This document shows, one piece after another, positions 55,641-64,000 of a stretch of 64,000 nucleotides of DNA. Origin of the DNA: an uncultured Rickettsiales bacterium (GTDB lineage: Bacteria; Myxococcota_A; UBA796; UBA9615; CAYRNR01). The position numbers and the translations under genes are program-made. Numbering within the stretch: position 1 is the stretch's first letter; the number at the start of each line of letters is the position of its first letter. The DNA lies in contig CAZXHG010000012.1 of the NCBI GenBank assembly GCA_964639985.1, forward strand, positions 1,254 to 65,253. The letters are read 5' to 3'. The notes under the pieces were generated by a model that saw nothing but the letters and a program-made list of their open reading frames with translations, had not been told where the DNA came from and did no database searches.

Positions 55641-56975
55641 CGCGGCGGGCCCGCGCTCGGCCACGTGCAGCGGCAGCACCGCGGCCACGAGCACCATGGC
55701 CATGCTGCTCTTACCGAACGAGAGGAAGGGGACCACGACCCCGGTGAGCGGCAACAGGCCAGTGGTGCCGCCGAAGATCACGACCCACTGTGCGAGCAGC
55801 AGCAGGGAGCAGCCGCCGGCCAGCAGCGCCCGCTCGGGCGTGCCCGTGCGGGCCGCGACCCACAGCCCGTGCACCACGACCGCGCCGAGCAGGCCCAGGT
55901 AGGTCAGCCCGCCCCACAGCCCGGTCTCCTCGGCGAGGTGGGCGAGGGCCAGGTCGGTGTGGCCGGCCTCCAGCGCGCCGATCATGGCGTGGCCCAGGCC
56001 GCGGCCGTGCAGTCCGCCCGCGGCGATGGCCCACAGGGAGTGGGCGAGCTGGGATCCGAACCGGCGTCCGTTGAGCCACGGGTCGAGCCACATCTGGAAA
56101 CGGGTCTCGAGGGTCGTCGAGCCCGTGATCGACGGATCGGCCGCGATCAGGGCGGTCGCGGCGGCCACGAGCGCGAAGGCCACGACCACCCAGCCCGCGG
56201 ATCGCGTGGCCGCGTAGAACACGCCCAGGAACACCAGCGCCAGGATCAGGGAGGGGCCGAGGTCGTTGACCAGCACCAGCCCGCCGAACACGGCCAGCAG
56301 GAACAGCAGGGAGCCGACGAACAGCGCTGGCCGTGGCACGCGCAGCGGCCCCACCTTGATCCGGTGCCAGCGCAGCCGGGCCGCGCGGCGGCCCAGGGTG
56401 ACCCCCAGCAGCGCCACGAACAGCAGCTTGACCGCCTCCAGCGGCTGCACCATGGCGCCGCCGAGGGCCAGGTTGATGTGCGTGTCCGTTCCCGCGGGGC
56501 CGGTGCCGGCGAAGCGAAGCAGCACGGCGCCGATCCCGGCGGTGACGGCCAGGGGGACGCGGAAGCGGTGCAGGACCTCGGTGAGGTCCCAGGGCTGTAC
56601 GACCAGGGCCGCGGCCAGCAGGCAGGCCAGCCCCACGCCGTGGGCGAACCCGGGACCGGGCCAGTCCTGGGCGTGGATCGGGTCGCCGTAGCCCATCTGC
56701 ACGATCAGGCCCAGCCCGGCTGCGCCCGCGACCGCGGGCAGGAACAGGGGCACGGCCAGCGGCGATGCTGCCCGCCGCAGGCTCCAGGCGCGGGCCCCGG
56801 CGAGCACGGCGAAGCCCGCGGCAAAGGCGAGCATCGCGAGCCGGGCCTCGGCCTCGGCCGCGGCCGCGTCGCGCACCAGCGGCCCGGCGCGCAGGGCGGC
56901 CTGCTCCAGCGTGCGATCCAGGGCGATGTCGGCGCCGACGCACGCGCCGATCACGACCAGGGCCAGGGCGACCAT
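55640..56975 (-). CDS. SEDS-family RodA/FtsW-like peptidoglycan polymerase
   Basis: Start MVALALVV near 56975; upstream ORF sequence to 57554 is R/G-rich artefact. About 10 TM helices. Conserved SEDS segments (GLGHAMIGALEAGHTDLALAHLAEETG, PLTGVVVPFLSFGKSS). Confidence 0.7.
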
Positions 56976-56989
56976 CTCGCCGATGCGGA

Positions 56990-58438
56990 TCACGGTCGTC
57001 CCTCCTCGTCGAGTGCGGCCACCCTCAGCCCCGTGGGGCGGACCGCCGGCTCCAGGTTGGTGGAACCGACGAACACGTCGCCCCCGGCGACGACCAGCGC
57101 GCCGTCGACGTGGCCGAACACGTCGAGGGACGCGAGGTCGAGGGTGCAGTCCAGGAGCTGCACGGCGCTGTCCGCGCCCAGCAGGTCGATGGTGACGGCG
57201 GTCTGCGGCGCACGGATCAGGGCCTGGCGCAGCACCAGCGTGGCTCCGGGCTCGACCGCGATGTCCCAGGCATGATCCCCCTGGGGCGGGAACGCCAGCT
57301 CCAGCCCGCGGATCTCCACGGGCTCGGCCTCCGTGTCCTCGAGGGTGTCGGTGTGCCGGGGCCGGGCCACGGTGGTCTGGTGGTGGCCTGCTGCGGCCTC
57401 GAGCCGACCGAGCGGGACCAGCGGGCCGGGGGACAGCACGCCGTCCAGTCCAGCCGGCCCGGGCAGCACCAGGCCGAACCCGTGCGACGCCGTGACCAGG
57501 CCCGCGTCCGCGGGCACGAGCTCCCGGGGTGCCTGCACCGGGGTGCGGGGCCACAGCAGGTGTCCGGCGACGAATGCCAGCGCCCCGGCCAGGGCCGTCA
57601 GGCCCCAGCGCCGGGCGGCCCGCAGGACGCGGGGGGGGGCATGGTCCGCCGGGCTACCGACCTTGTCGGGCACGACGACCGTGTCTGGACGGGACGGGCG
57701 CATGACCACCACGGCGGTGACGTTGTCCCGCCCGCCCCGCTCCAGGGCCAGATCCACCAGCGAGTCGACCACCTCGATGGCGGTGCGATCGTCCTGGTGG
57801 GCCTCCTGCAACCACGGGTACAGCTCGCTGCTGGGTACCAGGTCGTGCAGACCATCGCTGCACAGCAGCAGCAGGTCCCCCGGCCCGAAGGGCACCGTGC
57901 TACGGTCGATCCACGAGGCGTCCATGGCCGCGTCGCCGCCCACGTCCCGGGTGACCTGGTGCTGGTCGGGCAGCTGCCGGGCCGCGGCCTCGGTGAGCGC
58001 GAGTCGCTCCTGCTCCTCGGCCACCACGGTGTGGTCGCGGGTCAGCAGCTGGCACCCCGAGTCGCGGACGAGGTAGGCGCGGGTGTCGCCCACGTGGGCC
58101 AGATCGAGTTGGTCGTCGGTCAGCAGCGCGGCAGTCACCACACAGCCCATGCCCTGCTGCTCGGGATTCTCGTGGCCGCGCTGCACGATCTGGCGGTTGG
58201 CCTCGAGGATGGCCTCGCCGAGGTCGGGCGAGGCCAGCAGGCAATCCCGGGTGATCTCGGCGGCCACGTCTCCGGCTTGCTCGCCGCCCATGCCGTCGAT
58301 CACGGCGAACAGGCCGAGCTCCTCGTCGCTGACGTACCGGTCCTCGTTGAGCTTGCGCACGCGTCCGGCGTCGGTCCGCGCGGCCGACTCCATGTCCGTG
58401 GCGGGCTCGCGTTCTCCCTGCTTGAACAGGCTGCTCAT
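56990..58438 (-). CDS. PP2C-family Ser/Thr phosphatase with TM and extracytoplasmic C-terminal domain
   Basis: TDAGRVRKLNEDRY. FAVIDGMGG. GDTRAYLV. LLLCSDGL. DNVTAVVV. Then TM GLTALAGALAFVAGHLLW. Confidence 0.8.
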   Translation of the reverse strand: MSSLFKQGEREPATDMESAARTDAGRVRKLNEDRYVSDEELGLFAVIDGMGGEQAGDVAAEITRDCLLASPDLGEAILEANRQIVQRGHENPEQQGMGCVVTAALLTDDQLDLAHVGDTRAYLVRDSGCQLLTRDHTVVAEEQERLALTEAAARQLPDQHQVTRDVGGDAAMDASWIDRSTVPFGPGDLLLLCSDGLHDLVPSSELYPWLQEAHQDDRTAIEVVDSLVDLALERGGRDNVTAVVVMRPSRPDTVVVPDKVGSPADHAPPRVLRAARRWGLTALAGALAFVAGHLLWPRTPVQAPRELVPADAGLVTASHGFGLVLPGPAGLDGVLSPGPLVPLGRLEAAAGHHQTTVARPRHTDTLEDTEAEPVEIRGLELAFPPQGDHAWDIAVEPGATLVLRQALIRAPQTAVTIDLLGADSAVQLLDCTLDLASLDVFGHVDGALVVAGGDVFVGSTNLEPAVRPTGLRVAALDEEGRP

Positions 58439-58439
58439 C

Positions 58440-59327
58440 TCAGATCACGTCCAGGATCAGCCGCACGTGCCTGGTCAGCAGGATCTCGGCGGGGAAGCGG
58501 TCCACGTGCATCTGCCGGCCCTTGGCCACCATCTCACCGTTGACCTGCAGGGCGTTGGCCGTGTCGTGTTCGGGGCGGGTGATCATGGCGCCCGTCTCGA
58601 GCACCTCGATGCGGAATGCCTGCCGGCTGACCGTGGTGGTGTCCACCGGGATGCCCACGTGGTTGGCTGACGGGGGCGGCGTGTGCTCGCGGCCCACGGT
58701 CCACAGCACGCCCTTGCCCAGCGCGAAGCTGTGCTGTCTGTCCTCGGTGTGCAGCACGAGGCCGGGCAGGGGGCCCTCGGGGATCACGGACGGCGCGGTT
58801 GCAACCGCTGGGGCTGACGGCGCCGGGGGCGTGGCCGGCGGTGGGGCCAGCGGTCGCTGCCGGGCGCGCACCGTGTACTCGCCGTCCAGGGGATCCGCCA
58901 GGTCCAGGTCCGGGTTGTCCTTGCACGCGGTGTGCACGATGCCGTGGTGCGGCAGGACCTCCTCTCCCTCGTCCGACACCAGCCGCAGCACGAAGTCGCC
59001 GATGGGCTTCGCGCGCAGGCGCCGAGCCACCTTGCCCAGGTGTTCGCCACACTGCGCCTCGAGCCGCCGTCCAAGGTAGGCGAAGTCGTCGTGATCATCT
59101 GGGGTGAGGAAGATCAGGAACTCGTTCCACACCAGCCGGCCGTCCGAGTCGGCCATGTCGCAGTGCTTCATCACCTCGGTCAGGGCGTCGAGAACGAGCT
59201 TCGGGTCGAGCTCGAGGGTCTCCGGATCCACGGCGCGCCAGCGCCGGTACCACGGCCGGGTCTGTTGCTTGAGGGCCAGGAAGTCCACCTCGAACGTGCG
59301 CTTGCCGGTCTGGATCACGGCGGGCAT
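58440..59327 (-). CDS. FhaA-like protein (DUF3662-like N-terminal domain plus C-terminal FHA)
   Basis: N-terminal VWNEFLIFLTPDDHDDFAYLGRRLEAQCGEHL...GDFVLRLVSDEG resembles the FhaA N-domain. Pro-rich linker. FHA WTVGREHTPPPSANHVGIPVDTTTVSRQAFRIEV...QVNGEMV. Confidence 0.65.
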   Translation of the reverse strand: MPAVIQTGKRTFEVDFLALKQQTRPWYRRWRAVDPETLELDPKLVLDALTEVMKHCDMADSDGRLVWNEFLIFLTPDDHDDFAYLGRRLEAQCGEHLGKVARRLRAKPIGDFVLRLVSDEGEEVLPHHGIVHTACKDNPDLDLADPLDGEYTVRARQRPLAPPPATPPAPSAPAVATAPSVIPEGPLPGLVLHTEDRQHSFALGKGVLWTVGREHTPPPSANHVGIPVDTTTVSRQAFRIEVLETGAMITRPEHDTANALQVNGEMVAKGRQMHVDRFPAEILLTRHVRLILDVI

Positions 59328-59331
59328 CCGG

Positions 59332-60066
59332 TCACCTCCCCTCGGCGTCGGGCACGGAGCCGAGCACCTTCAGCACCAGGTGCTCCTCCTCGGCGTCGCC
59401 GAGGATCTCGATCCGGCCTTCCATGCCGATCTCGGCCCGACCCGAGGGCACCCGCGCGGGACGGACCGTGCGGCCGTTCCAGAGCACGCAGAGGCGGTCA
59501 TCCTGGTCCAGCGCGGTCACGATGAGCCGGGAGCCGCACCGCTCGAGTCGCGCTGCGCGGCGGCTGACGAAGCGGGCGGAGGTCGGGAGTTGCAGGTCGT
59601 TGCGCTGCTGGTCGCCGCGGCCGTGCCATGGCCCGCGTCCCAGCGTGAACACCCGCCGTCCGGTCGGCAGGTCCAGGGAGTCGTCGTCCCACGTGTACGG
59701 GGCGCCGTGGTCCGAGGCGAGCAGGTACAGCTCGTCGGGCATCGCCGTGGGGCTGTCGTCGATCTCCACCCCGTCGCGGTCCGCGGGCACGGCCCGGAAC
59801 TCCAGCATCGGAAGGCTGGCCGGGGTGGCGCGCGTGAGCCGGTTGAGCAGGGCCTCCCGCACATCCCGCGCGAATGCCGGATCGTCGGCGAACCGCTGCG
59901 CGGTTGCCGCCGGCCCCGTGCCGACCAGGAACAGCACGGAGAGGAACGGGGGGAACATCTCCACCCCCGCCGGATCGTAGGCCTTCTGTTGCAGGATCCT
60001 GGCCACGGCCATGGACCGCATGCCGTCCCAGCTCCAGTCCTTCTTCTTGGCGAACCAGTGCACCAC
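59332..60066 (-). CDS. FHA-domain protein (degenerate FHA), second FhaA/FhaB-like gene
   Basis: C-terminal FTLGRG...NDLQLPTSARFVSRRAARLE...LWNGRTV. Confidence 0.55.
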   Translation of the reverse strand: MVHWFAKKKDWSWDGMRSMAVARILQQKAYDPAGVEMFPPFLSVLFLVGTGPAATAQRFADDPAFARDVREALLNRLTRATPASLPMLEFRAVPADRDGVEIDDSPTAMPDELYLLASDHGAPYTWDDDSLDLPTGRRVFTLGRGPWHGRGDQQRNDLQLPTSARFVSRRAARLERCGSRLIVTALDQDDRLCVLWNGRTVRPARVPSGRAEIGMEGRIEILGDAEEEHLVLKVLGSVPDAEGR

Positions 60067-60170
60067 CGACCTCCTCGCTGTCCATCCTTACATCGCTTTC
60101 CGGCGTTTCTTCCGGTGGTCAGGTGGCGGTCAGGAATAAGCGACGAATGGTGCAGTAACCTCGGAGGCGC

Positions 60171-62780
60171 ATGGGGTTCAGGGACCAGCGGGGCATCGAG
60201 TACACACCGGACGGCGGCATCGTCCGTACCGGGGGGCAGGCGATCGTCCACAAGGCCACGGCTCCCGACGGTAGACCCTGGGCCATCCGCCAGGCCCGCG
60301 AGTCCGACGACAACGAGTGGTTCGCGCGAGAGCGGGACGAGCTGCTGCGCGTGCACGCCGCGGATCCCCTGCTGCGCGAACACCTGGTCGAGGTGGTCGA
60401 CTGGGGCGTCACCGACGACGGCCTGATCTTCCTGGTGCTGCCGTGGTTCGAGCACGACATGGTGCACTGGCTGGAGGGCAAGGGGGGGCCTCCCGGTAGC
60501 GTAGGGCCGCCCGGCCTCGAACGACGGTTGCTCGCCGCGGAGCTGGCCGCGCGGGCCGTGGTCCGTTGCCACGCCGCCAACGCGGAGTCGGGCGCCGTGC
60601 TGGTCCACCGCGACGTCAAGCCGAGCAACCTGCTGGTCGTGGACGACGGCGACCAGCTGAGGGTGGTGCTGGCGGACTTCGGCTACTCCAAGCGGATCGC
60701 CGCGGACTCCACCGGGCGCCACACCACCGTCTTCCAGCCCGGCTACTCGCCGCCGGAACAGGCGCTGCAGCTCGGCCTGAGACCCGCGCCCGAGGGGGAT
60801 ACCTTCGCGCTGGCCGCCACGGTGTTCACCATGATCACGCACCGGCGGCTGTCCGCGGCCGAGCGGGCCCAGGACATCGACCTGCTCACGCCGACCGGGC
60901 GGCAGCTGCACGACCTGGCGCGGCGGGCCCAGGGGGGAGAGCAGCTGGCCGATGGCGACGCGCAGCGGCTGCGGACGATGGTGAAGCAGCCGCTGGCGTC
61001 CCTGATCGAGCTGCACCGGGTCCCGCACCTGCTGACCGTGGACCACGAGCGTATCGAGCGCGCGTTCCGCGCCGGCCTGCCCGGGGAGCATCCGGACCGC
61101 GACCGCGCGGCGCGCGCGCTGCGAGACCAGGCCATGGGCTGGATGTGGCACTTCACCCACCCCGAGCCCTGGCGTCGTGGTTCGCCCGCCATGGTGCTGA
61201 CCTGCTGCCAGCAGCTGCGCCGGCGCCTGCGCTGGGAGTGTCGCGGATCGGCCAGCGACTCGTCCGTCGCCGATCCGGTCACGGTGGTCGAGCTGCCGGA
61301 GGAGACCACGCAGGTCGTGCACGACCTGCCCTCGGGATCGCAGCGGCTGGGGATCGTGCTGGCGCTGTGCATCCTCGCGATCATCGTCGCGTGTGCGGTC
61401 CAGAGACACCTGCAGAACCACGCCCCCAGGGACGTGACCGTGCACTACCCCGGCCTGTTCGGCGGGACGCCCGTGGCGTTGCAGCTGCCGGGCCGGGAGT
61501 GGACGTCGCTGCAGCCGGGGAGCACGATCCTCGAGGCCGTGCCCGTGGGAGACGTGGACTACGTCCTGCTCGCCGGGGAGGGGTGCAGCATCGACCTGTG
61601 TCCGGGCGACGAGTGCCCCCTGTGCTGTTCCACGACCGCGGGCGTGCTGTCGGTTCCCCCGGGCATGGGCACCATCGACCTGGAGGTGGCCGTTCCCGCG
61701 CCGCCCGGGGTCTGCCAGGTCGAGCTGACGCTGCCGTACCTGTCGCCCGAGCACGGGACGGTCACGTTGCTGGACGGGGAGCCACCGGTCACGACCACCG
61801 GTCCCGATCTGCTCTTCGGGCCCCAGCACGGCGGTACACGCCAGCTGAGCTACCGCGCAGGCGTGCGTTGCGAGGCGTGCGTGGATGCGTCTCGCCGGCA
61901 CTGCTGTCCCACCCACCTGATCCCGGTGGAGATCACCGGCCAGTGGACGCCGTACGAGCTGATCGTGGGCTTCCCACCCGCGCCTCCGCCGTGTCCGACC
62001 GTGGTGCAGGACTACCGGATGGTGGAGATCCCCGCGGGGCAGCTCGAGCGCGAGGCTGGCGATGCTCGGCAGACCATGCGTTTCGCGGAGCCGTTCTGGC
62101 TGGGCGAGACCGAGGTGACCGAGGCGCTCTGGGCCGATGTGATGGACGAACCGGTGCGGGCCGGGGCTGCGCCGACGTGGCCCCGCCACAGCATCACCCG
62201 CGACCGGGCCATCGAGCTGTGTAACCGGCTGTCGGCGCGGGAGAGGCTGGCTCCCGCCTACGTGGAGAAGGGGGGCGAGTGGCACTGGGACCCGTCGGCC
62301 GAGGGGTACCGACTCCCCACGGACGCGGAGTGGGAGTACGCGTCCCGCGCGCGACCCGACTCGACCTTCGCAGGCACCGACGATCCCGAAGCATTGTGCG
62401 AGTTCTCCAACATCTCCAACACCCCCACCGATGGGGGGCAGCCGCTGTGCGTCGATGGGTACGGTGGAGTCGCGCCGGTCAAGTCCTTCCAGCCCAACGG
62501 TCGCGGCCTGTTCGACATGACGGGCAACCTGCGCGAGTGGGTCTGGGACTCCGAGATGACCTACCTCGCGGGTGATCACGACAGCCACGAGCGGTGGACC
62601 GGCGGCAAGGCCAACGTCACGCGTGGAGGATCCCATGGTCACTCCAGGCCCGAACATCTCGCGCTGTCGGTCAGGCACGCCCCGCCCACGGAGCCGAACT
62701 CGATGGGCTGGGGATTCGTCGGTGTCCGCCTGGCGCGAAACGCACGCGGAGCCGCGTCCGGACACCAGCCCGTCGAGTAG
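60171..62780 (+). CDS. Ser/Thr protein kinase fused to a C-terminal formylglycine-generating-enzyme (FGE-sulfatase/SUMF1-like) domain
   Basis: HRDVKPSNLLV, ADFG, PGYSPPEQ. TM LGIVLALCILAIIVACAV. FGE domain RMVEIPAG..., YRLPTDAEWEYASRAR, GNLREWVWD, RGGSHGHS. GGAGG SD upstream. Confidence 0.8.
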   Translation: MGFRDQRGIEYTPDGGIVRTGGQAIVHKATAPDGRPWAIRQARESDDNEWFARERDELLRVHAADPLLREHLVEVVDWGVTDDGLIFLVLPWFEHDMVHWLEGKGGPPGSVGPPGLERRLLAAELAARAVVRCHAANAESGAVLVHRDVKPSNLLVVDDGDQLRVVLADFGYSKRIAADSTGRHTTVFQPGYSPPEQALQLGLRPAPEGDTFALAATVFTMITHRRLSAAERAQDIDLLTPTGRQLHDLARRAQGGEQLADGDAQRLRTMVKQPLASLIELHRVPHLLTVDHERIERAFRAGLPGEHPDRDRAARALRDQAMGWMWHFTHPEPWRRGSPAMVLTCCQQLRRRLRWECRGSASDSSVADPVTVVELPEETTQVVHDLPSGSQRLGIVLALCILAIIVACAVQRHLQNHAPRDVTVHYPGLFGGTPVALQLPGREWTSLQPGSTILEAVPVGDVDYVLLAGEGCSIDLCPGDECPLCCSTTAGVLSVPPGMGTIDLEVAVPAPPGVCQVELTLPYLSPEHGTVTLLDGEPPVTTTGPDLLFGPQHGGTRQLSYRAGVRCEACVDASRRHCCPTHLIPVEITGQWTPYELIVGFPPAPPPCPTVVQDYRMVEIPAGQLEREAGDARQTMRFAEPFWLGETEVTEALWADVMDEPVRAGAAPTWPRHSITRDRAIELCNRLSARERLAPAYVEKGGEWHWDPSAEGYRLPTDAEWEYASRARPDSTFAGTDDPEALCEFSNISNTPTDGGQPLCVDGYGGVAPVKSFQPNGRGLFDMTGNLREWVWDSEMTYLAGDHDSHERWTGGKANVTRGGSHGHSRPEHLALSVRHAPPTEPNSMGWGFVGVRLARNARGAASGHQPVE

Positions 62781-62786
62781 CCGGGA

Positions 62787-63455
62787 TCACCGCCCCACGT
62801 AGTCGCCGCCGTTCTGCTGGGCCAGATCGTGGAGGAAATCGTACAGCTCGTTCACGTTGTTCTCGGGCAGCCCCACCATGACCACGTCGATCTGCACGTC
62901 GCGCACGTTGGCTGCGGCCACGTCGTCCAGGATCTGCTGGGGTCTCTGCACCCCCGCGCTGGGTGCGCCGTCGGTGATCAGGAAGATGACCTCCACCTCG
63001 GGTTCGGCCAGGGCCCACATCAACGCCTCGTGGGTGTCGGTCATGCCCGGTGGCTCGTCGACCAGCCGGTCGATCCGGTAGCGCAGCCGGTCGGCGGTCA
63101 TCTCCTTGTTCGCCCGCGTGCCCTCGAGCCAGCCGTGGGGCCAGTGGGGCGCGTCGGAGTACACCTCGCTGTCGAAGAACGCGAACCGGAAACGGTCCAG
63201 CTCCAGGTTGGTCACCAGGGACATGGCCGTGTCCACCAGCCGCTCCTCCTGGCCCTCCATGCTCTGGGACACGTCCACCAGGAACAGCGCATCCTCGGTC
63301 TCCAGGGGGATGCCGAACAGCATGGGGTCGCCCTTGCTGGCCGTGGTCGCCACCAGCACGAACAGGATCACCACCGCCCCCAGCGCGGATGTGATCACGT
63401 CCAGCATGGACAGGTTGAAGACCTGGATGTCCTCGGCACGGCGGATCTTCATCGG
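62787..63455 (-). CDS. Small membrane-anchored vWA domain protein
   Basis: Start MKIRRAEDIQ (ORF opens at 63683). TM VITSALGAVVILFVLVATT. MIDAS LFLVDVSQSMEG. Confidence 0.6.
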   Translation of the reverse strand, partial: PMKIRRAEDIQVFNLSMLDVITSALGAVVILFVLVATTASKGDPMLFGIPLETEDALFLVDVSQSMEGQEERLVDTAMSLVTNLELDRFRFAFFDSEVYSDAPHWPHGWLEGTRANKEMTADRLRYRIDRLVDEPPGMTDTHEALMWALAEPEVEVIFLITDGAPSAGVQRPQQILDDVAAANVRDVQIDVVMVGLPENNVNELYDFLHDLAQQNGGDYVGR

Positions 63456-63991
63456 TTCGCACCCCCACGGCGCACGGTGAGCCGGGCCGCGCCGTCGCCG
63501 ATCTCCAGTTCCAGACCCCCTGCGATGGCCGTCCACTCGCCGGCCCGCAGCGGACGGCCGCCGAGCCGGCTGCCGCACTCCGACCAGGTGTCCCGGACCT
63601 CGGGCAGTCCGTGGGGTCCGATCCGGACCTCGGCGTGGCGCAGGGCCACGGACGACTCGTCGGCCGGCACGAGCACGTCGCACACGTCCGCAGAGCGGCC
63701 GAGGGTGATCGGCGCGTGGCCCACGGGTGTGTCCAGGTGCCGCAACGCGCCGGATACACCCCGCAGGCGCCAGCCCGGGGGCGCGGGGCCCGTGCCTGGC
63801 CCCACGATGCCCTGGGCCACGCCAGGATTGCCGAGGCCGTCCAGGGCCCGCCGCCCCACGGATACGACTCCCAGCGCGATCAGCCCGACCAGCGCGCCCA
63901 GCAGGGCGCCGGGGAAGCCTCGCGTGGCCCCGGCCTGGCAGCGGGTGCCGTCCACGTCCACGCTGGTCTCGTGCTCTGCCAGCAGGTCCAT
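63449..63991 (-). CDS. FHA-domain membrane protein (start at or beyond the window edge)
   Basis: TM GALLGALVGLIALGVVSV. FHA ITLGRSADVCDVLVPADESSVALRHAEVRIG. 7-nt overlap with the vWA gene. Confidence 0.55.
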   Translation of the reverse strand: MDLLAEHETSVDVDGTRCQAGATRGFPGALLGALVGLIALGVVSVGRRALDGLGNPGVAQGIVGPGTGPAPPGWRLRGVSGALRHLDTPVGHAPITLGRSADVCDVLVPADESSVALRHAEVRIGPHGLPEVRDTWSECGSRLGGRPLRAGEWTAIAGGLELEIGDGAARLTVRRGGANR

Positions 63992-64000
63992 CAGCTCGCT

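Noticed and set aside
59517-62765. 1082-aa - strand ORF antisense to the kinase-FGE gene
   Set aside because: Arg/Gly-rich low-complexity translation. The + strand frame carries unambiguous kinase and FGE motifs.
1-64000. Search for CRISPR arrays, tRNA/rRNA genes, transposase or integrase genes, or att-like direct repeats flanking the 40481-46224 island
   Set aside because: No regularly spaced direct repeats, no tRNA-like cloverleaf candidates in the few intergenic gaps, and no recombinase ORF were seen by eye. The island's mobility mechanism is therefore unknown.

Overview
High-GC (~70%) bacterial chromosomal segment. It is densely coding, genes overlap tightly, and many arginine-rich antisense ORFs are typical GC artefacts.

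Main contents:
(1) 1-12060, + strand: an operon for an envelope-associated module. It holds a SHOCT-tailed hypothetical protein, a vWA membrane protein, a membrane-anchored papain-like C1 peptidase and a FecR/TPR protein.
(2) 12101-35667, - strand: a ~23 kb array of 17 tightly coupled genes of unknown function. It includes a Ras-like GTPase, two tandem TRAFAC GTPases, an NrdG/QueE-like radical-SAM-like protein, a classical AAA ATPase, several coiled-coil proteins, very large helical proteins, two paralogous polytopic membrane proteins and a CHASE2-like sensor. This is a candidate undescribed GTPase-centred system.
(3) 35805-38341: an SsuABC/TauABC-like ABC importer.
(4) 38610-40480: a NodU/CmcH carbamoyltransferase. 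In this sequence a G10 homopolymer joins it in frame to gene (5).
(5) 40481-46224: a low-GC, probably horizontally acquired island of three coupled genes. These are a HEPN-like(Rx4H)/Ser-Thr kinase fusion, a 671-aa unknown protein and a ParA/MinD-like ATPase with a degenerate P-loop. This is a candidate undescribed defence/toxin system.
(6) 46254-50641, - strand: a radical-SAM / B12-radical-SAM / fused AdoMetDC-like cluster with a possible leader peptide.
(7) 50999-60066, - strand: an actinobacterial-type FhaA/FHA, PP2C, RodA, PBP, STPK, FHA cluster.
(8) An STPK-FGE-sulfatase fusion kinase, a small vWA protein and an FHA membrane protein at the right end.

No rRNA, tRNA, CRISPR array or transposase was recognised by eye.
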